Positions 8,798-17,562 of a stretch of DNA of 24,578 nucleotides are shown here, piece after piece; position 1 is the stretch's first letter, and each line of letters starts with the position of its first letter. The position numbers and the translations under genes are program-made. Source of the DNA: Candidatus Sulfobium sp. (GTDB lineage: Bacteria; Nitrospirota; Thermodesulfovibrionia; Thermodesulfovibrionales; UBA6898). Below the pieces are notes generated by a model. The model ran no database searches and was not told the DNA's origin. It saw nothing but the letters and a program-made list of their open reading frames with translations. The stretch covers positions 1 through 24,578 of the forward strand of contig JARRRI010000073.1 in assembly GCA_037380845.1 (NCBI GenBank), written 5' to 3'.

Positions 8798-8900
8798 TAT
8801 GAGTTGTAGTCGGTTCTAATCATCGTTTAGTTGAATTGCGGACCGTTTCCGGACATAAGAATCGTCCTTATACCGCAATGTTATGCTTCCCTATGCTATC

Positions 8901-8929
8901 AGGTTAGTCGACGATGCCTTGTAAGTCAA
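8901..8929 (-). promoter_or_regulatory. Possible sigma70 promoter of the DUF362-SRPBCC genes
   Basis: TTGACT-17 bp-TAACCT. Confidence 0.4.
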
Positions 8930-9016
8930 TCGGATGGCGCCACAAGTTTGAGAAAATCGGTGATCTGGTAGGGGTGGAGTGGCTGGAGTGACGGTCTGCT
9001 TCGGGTCTAATTTCTC

Positions 9017-9069
9017 CGAAAACCTGGATTCCCGATTACTACCTCGGGAATGACGAACTTGTAATGCAG
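9017..9069. repeat. REP-like palindrome
   Basis: gaaaacctggattcccgattactacctcgggaatgacg identical to the copy at about 2848. Confidence 0.85.
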
Positions 9070-9177
9070 GCCTTTTTCCGCGGCGTTAGGAAGTATTTGA
9101 ACGGTCCCTGGTTATGACTGGGGGAATTCTCAGCCCGGGCTTTGAATGACATAGTCATAGAAAGGCATAGGCAAGGA

Positions 9178-9255
9178 TGGCGGGGCGGACGGGGCTCGAA
9201 CCCGCGACCTCCGGCGTGACAGGCCGGCGTTCTAAACCAACTGAACTACCGCCCC
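9178..9255 (-). tRNA. tRNA-Asp (GTC)
   Basis: GGGGCGGTAGTTCAGTTGGTTTAGAACGCCGGCCT-GTC-ACGCCGGAGGTCGCGGGTTCGAGCCCCGTCCGCCCCGCCA; full cloverleaf, encoded CCA. Confidence 0.97.
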
Positions 9256-9283
9256 CGCTGACTGCAAGGCAACTACCTCGTAT

Positions 9284-9335
9284 GCGACCTTCCCGACGAG
9301 TCGGGAAGGTCTAAACCAACTGAACTACCGCCCGC
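9284..9335 (-). pseudogene. tRNA-Asp-derived fragment with the anticodon arm replaced by a palindrome
   Basis: 24 nt (9310-9333) identical to 9231-9254, and gcgacct (9284-9290) identical to 9204-9210; between them tcccgacgagtcgggaagg. Confidence 0.75.
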
Positions 9336-9439
9336 GAAGAATAAGCGAGCAAAACATCTAAAATCTAACTGCCGTCAGCCCGGGTACTGACAGCTTATCA
9401 CATCATCCTTATCACATCATCCATTGACCGGGTAGTTAA

Positions 9440-9515
9440 TGGTAGGCGGAACAGGGATCGAACCTGTGACCCCAGCCTTGTAAGGGCTGTGCTCTCCCAG
9501 CTGAGCTATCCGCCC
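9440..9515 (-). tRNA. tRNA-Val (TAC)
   Basis: GGGCGGATAGCTCAGCTGGGAGAGCACAGCCCT-TAC-AAGGCTGGGGTCACAGGTTCGATCCCTGTTCCGCCTACCA. Confidence 0.97.
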
Positions 9516-9524
9516 GAAGATTCT

Positions 9525-9554
9525 TTTATACTATATGCTATCACGATTTGTCAA
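9525..9554 (-). promoter_or_regulatory. sigma70 promoter of the tRNA-Val/Asp operon
   Basis: TTGACA-18 bp-TATAAA ending 9 nt before tRNA-Val. Confidence 0.6.
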
Positions 9555-9675
9555 ATGCACCGTCGCCCATCTCCATCTGCCCCTTTTCCGCCCCGTAAAT
9601 CAACCCGTCCGGCAGCATCCTGAACAACCGGAACCATGCAAAATCTTTCAATAATATTGACAGTGCGGACGCTAA

Positions 9676-10395
9676 ATGTTAAGATTTTTTATGCTTAAAA
9701 TAGCCTTTTCGGTATTTTTTATGCTTATGATGGTTTCTCCCGCCTTTCCGGTTGTCTATAAATATGTCGATGCTAACGGGGTGGTCTGCTATACGGATGC
9801 CCCCATGACGCAGAAGAGCGAATTGGTCAGTAAGGATGCCCCGGTCCGGCGTGATGTCAAAGTCCGGCAAGCCTCTTACAGCGTAAACCATGATTACTCG
9901 GAGTATGTCTCCAGGGTTGCATCCAAATATGACCTGGAGCCGGGACTCATCAGGGCGGTCATAAGGACCGAATCTAACGGGGACCGGACCGCTGTATCGA
10001 AAAAGGGCGCCATCGGATTGATGCAGATAATGCCCGCCACCGCCGACGACATGAACGTCGGCAACCCCTTCGACCCCAAGGAAAATATCGAAGGCGGGAC
10101 GAAATATCTGAAGTATCTGCTGGAAAGGTTCGATGGTGATTTAACCCTTGCCCTGGCCGCTTACAATGCGGGACCGGCAACGGTCGAAAAGTACGGCGGC
10201 ATGCCGCCTATACAGGAAACGAGACAGTACGTAAAGAAAGTGCTTTCCCTTTACAACGGAAGTGGAAGCGCAAGTTCGGGTTTCGGAAGGAAGACAAAAT
10301 CAGCTCCCATGCATATCTATAAGGTAGTGCTGGCTGACGGCACCACCCTTTTCACCAATTCATCTCTGGCAAGGGCGGACAGAACAAGGTTCTAG
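9676..10395 (+). CDS. Lytic transglycosylase (SLT) with DUF4124-like N-terminal domain
   Basis: VYKYVDANGVVCYTD; AVIRTES, GAIGLMQIMPAT, ALAAYNAG motifs. Confidence 0.92.
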   Translation: MLRFFMLKIAFSVFFMLMMVSPAFPVVYKYVDANGVVCYTDAPMTQKSELVSKDAPVRRDVKVRQASYSVNHDYSEYVSRVASKYDLEPGLIRAVIRTESNGDRTAVSKKGAIGLMQIMPATADDMNVGNPFDPKENIEGGTKYLKYLLERFDGDLTLALAAYNAGPATVEKYGGMPPIQETRQYVKKVLSLYNGSGSASSGFGRKTKSAPMHIYKVVLADGTTLFTNSSLARADRTRF

Positions 10396-11382
10396 ATGCC
10401 CCCGGAAACAGAAGATCTTCGGGAACAGATTCTGGAGCTGAAGGCGCAGAAGCGCGCGATCATCCTGGCGCATAATTACCAGCGCAGCGAGGTCCAGGAC
10501 ATTGCCGATTTTGTGGGCGACTCGCTCGAACTTTCAAGGACGGCGGCCACCATGGACTGTGAACTGATCGTCTTCTGCGGGGTCCATTTCATGGCCGAAA
10601 GCGCCTCTATCCTCTCACCCGACAAGACGGTCCTTCTTCCGGAGATGGAGGCGGGCTGTCCCATGGCCGACATGATTCAGGTCGACTCGCCGAGGCCGGT
10701 GCGTACGTCGTTCCCCGGCTTTAAAAACCCCCCTGCCTTTGTATATCCCCCGGAGTTTACGCTCAGGGACATCAAGAGACAATACCCGGGCGTGCCGGTC
10801 GTCGCTAATGTAAATACCACGGCTGCCGTGAAGGCCGAGAGCGACATCTGCTGCACTTCCGCCAATGTGGTCAGGGTGATAGAGTCCCTGCCGGGGGACA
10901 GGGTCATCTGCATACCCGACAAGAACCTATCGATGTGGGCGGCCAGGAACACGAAAAAGCAGGTCATCGCCTGGGACGGCTACTGCAACATCCACGAAAG
11001 GGTGACGGCGGACGACGTGAAGAATGCCCGGGCGGATCACCCCGGTGCGCTGGTCATGGCCCATCCTGAATGCAGGCCCGAGGTCCTGGACCTCGCCGAC
11101 CACGTGACCAGCACTTCCGGCATGCTCCGCTTTGCGAAGTCTTCCCCGGCAAAGGAATTTGTTGTCGGTACGGAAATCGGGCTGATGCACAGGCTGGAGC
11201 GGGAAAACCCCGGCAAGTCTTTCTTTGCCCTGAGGAAGGACATGATCTGCCCCAACATGAAGAAGACAACGCTGAAAAGTGTCCTCCGGGCATTCAGGGA
11301 AAATACTTACGAGATCAAGGTGCCCGAAAATATAAGGATACCGGCCAAGAGGGCGCTGGACCGGATGCTGGCAGTAAAGTAG
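10396..11382 (+). CDS. nadA: Quinolinate synthase
   Basis: ILAHNYQ, GDSLELS, FCGVHFMAE, AGCPMA, AHPEC, ICPNMK; three Fe-S cysteines present. Confidence 0.95.
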   Translation: MPPETEDLREQILELKAQKRAIILAHNYQRSEVQDIADFVGDSLELSRTAATMDCELIVFCGVHFMAESASILSPDKTVLLPEMEAGCPMADMIQVDSPRPVRTSFPGFKNPPAFVYPPEFTLRDIKRQYPGVPVVANVNTTAAVKAESDICCTSANVVRVIESLPGDRVICIPDKNLSMWAARNTKKQVIAWDGYCNIHERVTADDVKNARADHPGALVMAHPECRPEVLDLADHVTSTSGMLRFAKSSPAKEFVVGTEIGLMHRLERENPGKSFFALRKDMICPNMKKTTLKSVLRAFRENTYEIKVPENIRIPAKRALDRMLAVK

Positions 11383-11436
11383 TAATTCAGTGTCAGTGAC
11401 CAGACCTACTTCAAAACCGGTTCCAGATTCAAGCCC

Positions 11437-11557
11437 GTCATTCCCGACGTAGTAATCGGGTCGTAGCGACCCTACGCGGAGACCCGCTTCGGGACTCGCA
11501 TCGAGAAGCCAGGTTTTGAGAAGGAGTGGATGCCCGACTAAGGACCTCGGGCATGAC
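11437..11557. repeat. Inverted REP pair with a nested 45-bp insertion
   Basis: gtcattcccgacgtagtaatcggg [11461-11505] aagccaggtttt ... tggatgcccgactaaggacctcgggcatgac. Confidence 0.75.
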
Positions 11558-11573
11558 GAAAAAGAGTTACAAC

Positions 11574-12397
11574 ATGAAAAAGATACTCGTATGGCACCAG
11601 GGGGCGCTGGGGGACCTTATACTCTCCCTTCCCGCCGTTCATGCCATTAAAAAACATTACGAAGAGACCCCGCTTCATCTGATCTGCCGGGGGGACATGG
11701 CAGACGTCATCGTCGAAAGAGACCTGGCCGAAACGGTGAGTTCAAACGAGAAGGGCGAATTCGGGTCTCTCTTCGCCGACTGTACAGACTTCCCCCGCGA
11801 ACTGGGGACTTTCCTGGAGGGGTTCGACGCTGCGTTTGTGTTCATGCGGAGCCGGCATGATGCGTTTTTTGACAACCTGCGGCGATATATCCCGCAATGC
11901 CGCCATATCCCGACCCTTCCGCCCCCCGGTGTAAGGCGGCATGTCGCGAGTTATCAACTGGAACAGCTGACGGGGCCGGGCATCGACCATGACCGGAGTT
12001 TTCCCGTCCTGGGTGCGGGCCGGGAGGTGGCCTGTCCGGTCGGTCCGCCGCTCGTTGTCGTCCATCCGGGAAGCGGAGGTAAGAAGAAATGCTGGCCCCT
12101 CCGGAAATATTTACAGGTGATCGAGGATTGAGGGAGGCGGCCCTTTATATCGGCAACGATTCGGGAATTACCCATCTTGCCTCTGCCCTGGGGACGCCCG
12201 CGGTTGTCATATTCGGTCCGACGGACCATGAGGTATGGAAACCGGCGGGCGGCAACGTCAGGATAGTGCGTTCCGGTTACCCGTGCTCTCCCTGCGGCGA
12301 GAAGGACTACCGTACCTGCAGGGATGTGGAATGCCTTGAATCGCTCGGGGTGGAAAGAGTGCTGGAAGAGTGCACGAGGGTAGTGCGTAGAGTCTGA
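11574..12397 (+). pseudogene. Glycosyltransferase family 9 (heptosyltransferase-like), frameshift and internal deletion at about 12125
   Basis: GALGDLIL...HPGSGGKKKCWP in one frame (stop 12131); LYIGNDSGITHLASALG...FGPTD...CSPC...C in another. Confidence 0.8.
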
Positions 12398-12437
12398 GAA
12401 TCAGAAATGTTTAAACCGGCAAGCCTCTCCGCGATCA

Positions 12438-12492
12438 TAACTCCCCTTCTCCCCTCTTATCTTAAGAGGGGGTGCCGAAAGCGGGGGCGTTA
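12438..12492. repeat. Nested palindromic intergenic element
   Basis: cccctctta-tct-taagagggg inside taactcccc...ggggcgtta. Confidence 0.55.
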
Positions 12493-12560
12493 TCCAAAGA
12501 AGTAATTATCCCTGGCCCTGGCAAAGGGGGGGAAGACGGGTGCTATAATAGCGACTAACC

Positions 12561-13022
12561 ATGCCGGAAATGAAAGAAGAAGACCTTCATTTTATGAGAC
12601 TGGCCCTGAAAGAGGCGTCGCGTGCGGGAAGGATAGGGGAAATACCGGTGGGAGCCTTGCTGGTGAGGGACGGCGAGGTGCTGAGCAGCGCGTATAACCT
12701 GAGGGAGATGCTCAAAGACCCGTCGGCACACGCAGAGGTGCTCGCGTTGCGTGCGGCTGCCGAGAAGTCCGACAGCTGGAGGCTTACGGGGACCACGCTC
12801 TATGTTACCAAGGAACCGTGCATCATGTGCGCCGGCGCCATAATAAACGCCAGGATCTCCAGACTCGTTTACGGCTGCAGGGACGCCAAGGCCGGAGGAG
12901 TCGACAGTCTCTACAATATCCTGAACGACAAGAGACTGAATCACCAGGTGGAGGTTGTCCCAGGCGTTCTGGATGAGGAATGTGCAGCCCTCCTGAAGGA
13001 CTTCTTCCGGGAGAGAAGATAA
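12561..13022 (+). CDS. tadA: tRNA adenosine(34) deaminase
   Basis: GEIPVGA, DPSAHAE, WRL, TKEPCIMCAGA, LNH, LLKDFFRERR; TGcTATAAT at 12541. Confidence 0.93.
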   Translation: MPEMKEEDLHFMRLALKEASRAGRIGEIPVGALLVRDGEVLSSAYNLREMLKDPSAHAEVLALRAAAEKSDSWRLTGTTLYVTKEPCIMCAGAIINARISRLVYGCRDAKAGGVDSLYNILNDKRLNHQVEVVPGVLDEECAALLKDFFRERR

Positions 13023-13053
13023 AATTCCGCACTCATCTTCCGCTTTCGCATGC

Positions 13054-13533
13054 CTACTCTACCACCCACAGGGCCGCGCATTGTTTCGGGATGTGGAGCA
13101 TCCTGTTCGATGTGCTTCCCAGGATAAACTCTTCCTTCTTCGATTTCCCTCTCCTGCCGACAACGACCGTCCCCGCCCCGAGTTCCCGGGCTTCTTTGAA
13201 TATGCATTCGGCAACGGACGGACAATCGCCCACCCTCACCTTAACAGCGACCGTTTCCTCGCCAAACCCGGACTTGACCATGATCTGCCGGTAAGTGTCG
13301 AGCATCTTCCGTGTGACCTCCTCATGCGCGGCGATCCACTCCAGCCGGTCCTCATCTTTTTCGAAAAAGTCCTCCGGAGGCACGAAGACGATGTTCAGCA
13401 GTGTGGCCCTGACTTCGGGAAGACCTCCGAGCACGTACGACACATAGGCAAGCGTCCTCCTTGAATTTTCCGATTCATCCACCGCTATCACGAAATGCTT
13501 GTTGAGCGGACATGCCGTATAGTCAGCGTCCAT
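13054..13533 (-). CDS. Universal stress protein (Usp)
   Basis: VIAVDESENS...VVVGRRGKSKKEEFILGSTS. Confidence 0.9.
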   Translation of the reverse strand: MDADYTACPLNKHFVIAVDESENSRRTLAYVSYVLGGLPEVRATLLNIVFVPPEDFFEKDEDRLEWIAAHEEVTRKMLDTYRQIMVKSGFGEETVAVKVRVGDCPSVAECIFKEARELGAGTVVVGRRGKSKKEEFILGSTSNRMLHIPKQCAALWVVE

Positions 13534-13548
13534 ATCCTTCCTCCATTT

Positions 13549-14538
13549 TCACCAGGATTTTGCCTCCTTCAGGTCCGTCAGGAGTTCTTCCGTGTCTTCA
13601 TAAAAAACCTCCGCCGACGACGAAAAGTGCATGAGTATAAAATTGAGACTATCCGTGATGTACGGATAGACCTTTTTCAGATTGACCACCCTGTTTCTGA
13701 AGATGACGTTCAGGTCTCCGTCATCCAGTTTCTCCATCACTGCAGACCCCTGCCTGCGGAGAGACTGGACCGTCACGTCCCCCCTACCGACCAGATAAAT
13801 AAAAATGTTGCCGAGGCCGTAAAGGTCGTATCCGAACATATGCTCCTTGTGATAGTAATTGTAGTCGAAATCTATCCAGACGCACCTGCCCGTTGCCCTG
13901 TCCTTAATCACATGGTCGCGCCTGATATCGCCGTGTTTTTCCCCGTGGTCATGGAGGAACTTGATGGCCGTGACCGTCTCTACATATTCTTCCAGCACGG
14001 CGGGTAAATGGGTGTAATAATAATCCTCGTGGTCCTCACCCAGCCCGAGGGCATAGTCCGCCAGGGTTTTGCCGGGGATATAATCCGCGACTCTTACGAT
14101 GTTGCCCGAAGAGTCCTGGACCGAAAAACCCTGCATGAAATTCGGGTGGCCCTTCACCATTTCCAGTATCCTGGCCTCTTTCCTGGGACTCCTCACGCAG
14201 TCATAGACCACGTCGCCGATCCGTGCCTTGAACTCCTCCCGGAAGACGAATTTGATGATCTTCATCTTACCGTCGGTGAGGTCCATCGCCCTTCTTACCC
14301 AGAATTTCGGTTCCTCGTCTATCCCGAACCTGCCCTCCCTTTCGTAGTTCCTGATCAGATAGGGAACGGAACCGAGCACGAGCACGTCGTCATAGTCGAC
14401 CCTGAAAAAATCCGAAGTGTCGAAGAGTATCCTGGGATGTTTCGGCACCCTGGCGGGGTCCAGCCACCGTGCGATCATGTCGCGGACCTGATCCTCTGTC
14501 AGTAAATCCCGGCCGGCCGGATCTTTGTGGGAAGACAT
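13549..14538 (-). CDS. Protein-kinase-like fold protein (atypical motifs)
   Basis: KIIK, EARIL, HGDIRRDH, WIDFD, DLYGLG align to kinase subdomains II, III, VIb, VII and IX. Confidence 0.75.
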   Translation of the reverse strand: MSSHKDPAGRDLLTEDQVRDMIARWLDPARVPKHPRILFDTSDFFRVDYDDVLVLGSVPYLIRNYEREGRFGIDEEPKFWVRRAMDLTDGKMKIIKFVFREEFKARIGDVVYDCVRSPRKEARILEMVKGHPNFMQGFSVQDSSGNIVRVADYIPGKTLADYALGLGEDHEDYYYTHLPAVLEEYVETVTAIKFLHDHGEKHGDIRRDHVIKDRATGRCVWIDFDYNYYHKEHMFGYDLYGLGNIFIYLVGRGDVTVQSLRRQGSAVMEKLDDGDLNVIFRNRVVNLKKVYPYITDSLNFILMHFSSSAEVFYEDTEELLTDLKEAKSW

Positions 14539-14647
14539 AGTTCTTTATTATCATAATTCGATGGACTCCGCAATTGGAGGAATAGCGGGAGTCTCTTATT
14601 GCAGTTGCCGCGGGCCCGCAAAGGAGAATGAAGAAAGGACCCGAACC

Positions 14648-14672
14648 AAAAATAGCCGGCATTTCTGCCGGC
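14648..14672 (-). terminator. Intrinsic terminator after hsp20
   Basis: GCCGGCA-GAAA-TGCCGGC followed by TATTTTT on the minus strand. Confidence 0.7.
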
Positions 14673-14690
14673 AGAGGGGCATTGCCGTAA

Positions 14691-15188
14691 TCAACCGCTG
14701 ATCGAGATCTTTCTTGCTCTGCTTTGCGCCTCTTCGGTCCTCGGAAGCCTTACTTCCAGAACACCGTCTTCCATGTGTGCCTTTATCTTGTCTATGTCGA
14801 TATCATAAGGAAGTTCGAACCTCCTGAAGAAGGAACCGTGCGAGCGTTCATACCTGAAATACTTTTCTTTTTCTACCTTTTCCTCTTTCTTCTTTTCACC
14901 CGAAATCGTCAATACGTTCTCACTCAGTGAAATATCAACGTCCTCTTTCTTCATGCCCGGCAGATCGGCCTTCATCACCAGCTCTTTGCCTTCGTCGTAG
15001 ATATCTACGTGAGGCAAGCCGGTTTCGAACTCCTCTATGGCCCCCAGCTGCGGCCACATCGATGATCTCAGCATCGAAAAAGGTCTCTTCCAGGCCTCGT
15101 CGAACCATCTTTCTATTTCCTCAAAAGGCGCAACATGTCTCGGTCTCTCGGTTCTTACGAGCTCTTTTGTCTTCTCTCTGAAAGCCAT
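14691..15188 (-). CDS. Hsp20/alpha-crystallin small heat-shock protein
   Basis: PHVDIYD, ADLPG, LTISGEK, ERSHGSFFRRFELP, DGVLEVRLP; AAGGAGGTGA RBS. Confidence 0.95.
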   Translation of the reverse strand: MAFREKTKELVRTERPRHVAPFEEIERWFDEAWKRPFSMLRSSMWPQLGAIEEFETGLPHVDIYDEGKELVMKADLPGMKKEDVDISLSENVLTISGEKKKEEKVEKEKYFRYERSHGSFFRRFELPYDIDIDKIKAHMEDGVLEVRLPRTEEAQSRARKISISG

Positions 15189-15239
15189 AATCTCACCTCC
15201 TTGAGAGGGTTTCTCTTCTTTTCACCCTCTCCCAGTTTT

Positions 15240-15268
15240 AATATATTCTCATGTTGGAATATATGCAA
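15240..15268 (-). promoter_or_regulatory. hsp20 promoter with embedded inverted repeat
   Basis: TTGCAT-17 bp-TATATT; ATATATTC-N8-GAATATAT at 15241-15264. Confidence 0.6.
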
Positions 15269-15692
15269 CCGCGGATAACTCCCTCCCTGCGCACGCCGCT
15301 GCGTTCCGGATTGAATAGGGCGGAATAAGTACTGTTTTCTCTTGTTTATACCGCTTATCTCATGATAGGAAGAGCTGTTTTTCAGGCCGGCCAGACCTGA
15401 CATCCCCGTTGCATAAAGAAAATCAGACAGCGCTGAAGGGGCAGCGAAAAATGTCTTTTAGCGACACCTTACAGCCCCTCAGAGCGGTCTGCCAGCCTTT
15501 TTTGGGACGTCACCGAACGTTAAGTAGTCATTTATGCGGAAGATAAATAAAATGTGTCGTCATTAGAAGACTTTTTCGGTGTTCCTTTTAGCGCTGTTTT
15601 GCAATATCAGGGATAAGGTATCAATCCGATGGAAAAAGAATGCTGCAGGATCTTTGCGGAGCGTAGTCTTGAATAATCCGGGGTCAACCTTT

Positions 15693-16085
15693 TCACGTGA
15701 AACTTGAGAAGTTCTTTTCTCTCAGGATCTTCTCAACCTCTTTTCTCACTTCCAACCATACCGGATGTACCGAACAGCTCGCGCTCAGACCGCAGACCGA
15801 CTCATCTAGCGCGCAGGCGTTCATTGCCACGGGTCCCTGGACCGCCTCTATGACGTCCAGGAGGCTTACCTGCGCCGGCTCTCTGGCGAGTTCAAAACCT
15901 CCCTTGACCCCCCGGTATGACCTTACGATACCGGCCCTGGTCAGTTTCTGCAGGATCTTGGCCAAAAAGCTCTTCGGGACGGACTTCTTCCTGGATATTT
16001 CATCGACCATGGTTACTGAGCCGCGTTTCCCCGCCAGGTAGAGGACACACCTTATTGCATAATCCGTTTCCCTTGTTATCTGCAT
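15693..16085 (-). CDS. Rrf2-family transcriptional regulator (likely Fe-S binding)
   Basis: TRETDYAIR, FLAKILQKL, SYRGVKGGF, C-x6-C-x5-C-x2-H. Confidence 0.93.
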   Translation of the reverse strand: MQITRETDYAIRCVLYLAGKRGSVTMVDEISRKKSVPKSFLAKILQKLTRAGIVRSYRGVKGGFELAREPAQVSLLDVIEAVQGPVAMNACALDESVCGLSASCSVHPVWLEVRKEVEKILREKNFSSFT

Positions 16086-16378
16086 AAGCTTCTCAGGGGA
16101 GCGGGTGCTGCTCCCGCTCCGCGGTCATACGTTACAATATTACATTTTAATCGTATGCTTCAAGTTCGGAAGCCTCGTCGGGCCCTATTTTTGTTCTGAA
16201 GATGCGGCAAGTCCATATCTGGCAGGCGATGACCCGGCACGAAGAACAGGGCCGCCCCGGTCATTATCTTCAGGGTATATAAGCTCGACGACGAGTTGAA
16301 GATCGTGAGACTGTACCGGGGGGCGACGCCGGAGGGTCAGGGCTTTAGGGACGGACAATCCCTCCAGTGACGGATGGA

Positions 16379-17227
16379 TTAATCCCCCCGCGAGACAACG
16401 AGGGTGACCCACTTTCCGGTATCTGTCTTTTCCGTCAGGAAGAACCCTTCTCCCGTGAATGCCGACAACACATCGACATCCTGTCCGGGCAGCATGCCCG
16501 AGAGAACGGCGATACCGTCTGGGTTGAGACGACGGGCGAGCCCGGGGGCGATGCCGACCAATATTTCGGAAAGGAGGTTTGCAGCGGCGAAATCGAAAGA
16601 ACCGTCTACGGCCGTTATGTCTCCCGGGATGACCGACATATTGTCGAGACCGTTGAGCTGCGCGTTTTTGAGGCTTGCCTCGACAGCCATTGGATCGGTG
16701 TCGACAGCGACGACCGTACGGAACCCAAGCCTTGCGGCCCCGATTGCAAGGACCCCTGTGCCGGTGCCGACATCCACAAAAATATTCTTGTTGGTGCGGG
16801 GCGAATATTTCTCGATCATTGCGAGACATGTCCTGGTCGTTTCGTGGTATCCCGTGCCGAACACCATCCCGGGGTCGATTATGACGGGAATGCGGTCGGG
16901 GGGTCCTTTTAGCCAGGAAGGTATTATGGTCAGATGCTCTCCTACAGCCATGGGGAGAAAGGTCTTCTTCCAGTTCTCGTTCCAGTCCCTGTCCGACAGA
17001 AGGCTGTAGTCGTATGAAAAATCCGAATCGAGGCCTGAAGACCTGAGAACATCCCTGAAAAGGCGGAGTTCATCCACAATTCTGTCGATCTGTCCCTGGT
17101 CTTCAAAGTAAGCCAGCAAATCGCCGGACGTCTCCGAAATTCCGGTAGATCCAAGCTCCATCATCCTATTGATGACGGCTTCCCGGGATTCCTCCGGCGC
17201 TTTTATGGATACCGCGTAATAAACCAT
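16379..17227 (-). CDS. prmA: Ribosomal protein L11 methyltransferase
   Basis: DWNENWK, IDPGMVFGTGYHETT, DVGTGTGVLAI, ANL, LSG. Confidence 0.93.
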   Translation of the reverse strand: MVYYAVSIKAPEESREAVINRMMELGSTGISETSGDLLAYFEDQGQIDRIVDELRLFRDVLRSSGLDSDFSYDYSLLSDRDWNENWKKTFLPMAVGEHLTIIPSWLKGPPDRIPVIIDPGMVFGTGYHETTRTCLAMIEKYSPRTNKNIFVDVGTGTGVLAIGAARLGFRTVVAVDTDPMAVEASLKNAQLNGLDNMSVIPGDITAVDGSFDFAAANLLSEILVGIAPGLARRLNPDGIAVLSGMLPGQDVDVLSAFTGEGFFLTEKTDTGKWVTLVVSRGD

Positions 17228-17229
17228 CC

Positions 17230-17562
17230 TTACAGATTTTCCAGAATGGACTTCGGTACCTTGATGAAGCAGACGCCCTGCGGCATCCTGCAGTTGCCGG
17301 CCTTTTTCTGACCGACGGCATCCCCGGGAAGGGTGATGCCGGATATTCTCCGCTCCGCTTCGGAAAGCAGCCCGGGGATTTCTTCCGGGAGAACCTCTTT
17401 CCGGGAAGCTCCGCTTGTCTTTGCATCCGAAATACCTTCTCTGGCCCAGTTAACCGTATTTGCAAACGCCTTGCAATGACCGCAGACGGGATCTGTCTGC
17501 TGGCTGACCAGTACGCCGGAGATGAAGTGGAAGAAACGTATCCTGTTAATCAGCTGTTCGAT
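17230..17562 (-). CDS. Unannotated 110-aa hypothetical protein with four Cys; non-canonical (ATC or ATT) or mutated start
   Basis: Manual translation: (I/M)EQLINRIRFFHFISGVLVSQQTDPVCGHCKAFANTVNW...GQKKAGNCRMPQGVCFIKVPKSILENL*. AGGAGA 7 nt before ATC; stop 2 nt before prmA. Confidence 0.65.
   Translation of the reverse strand: MEQLINRIRFFHFISGVLVSQQTDPVCGHCKAFANTVNWAREGISDAKTSGASRKEVLPEEIPGLLSEAERRISGITLPGDAVGQKKAGNCRMPQGVCFIKVPKSILENL

Noticed and set aside
9178..9335. Prophage/ICE attachment site at tRNA-Asp
   Set aside because: The duplicated part is the 5' half and lies upstream; no integrase or distal 3'-end copy in the window.
11526..11573. N-terminal extension MDARLRTSGMT on GT9 and ORFs containing ENLDSRLLPR
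   Set aside because: These are translations of the REP element.
15270..15690. Long intergenic region as ncRNA or riboswitch
   Set aside because: No motif or convincing structure recognised by eye; an Rfam search would be needed.
17230..17562. c-type cytochrome
   Set aside because: Motif is CGHCK, not CxxCH, and there is no clear signal peptide.
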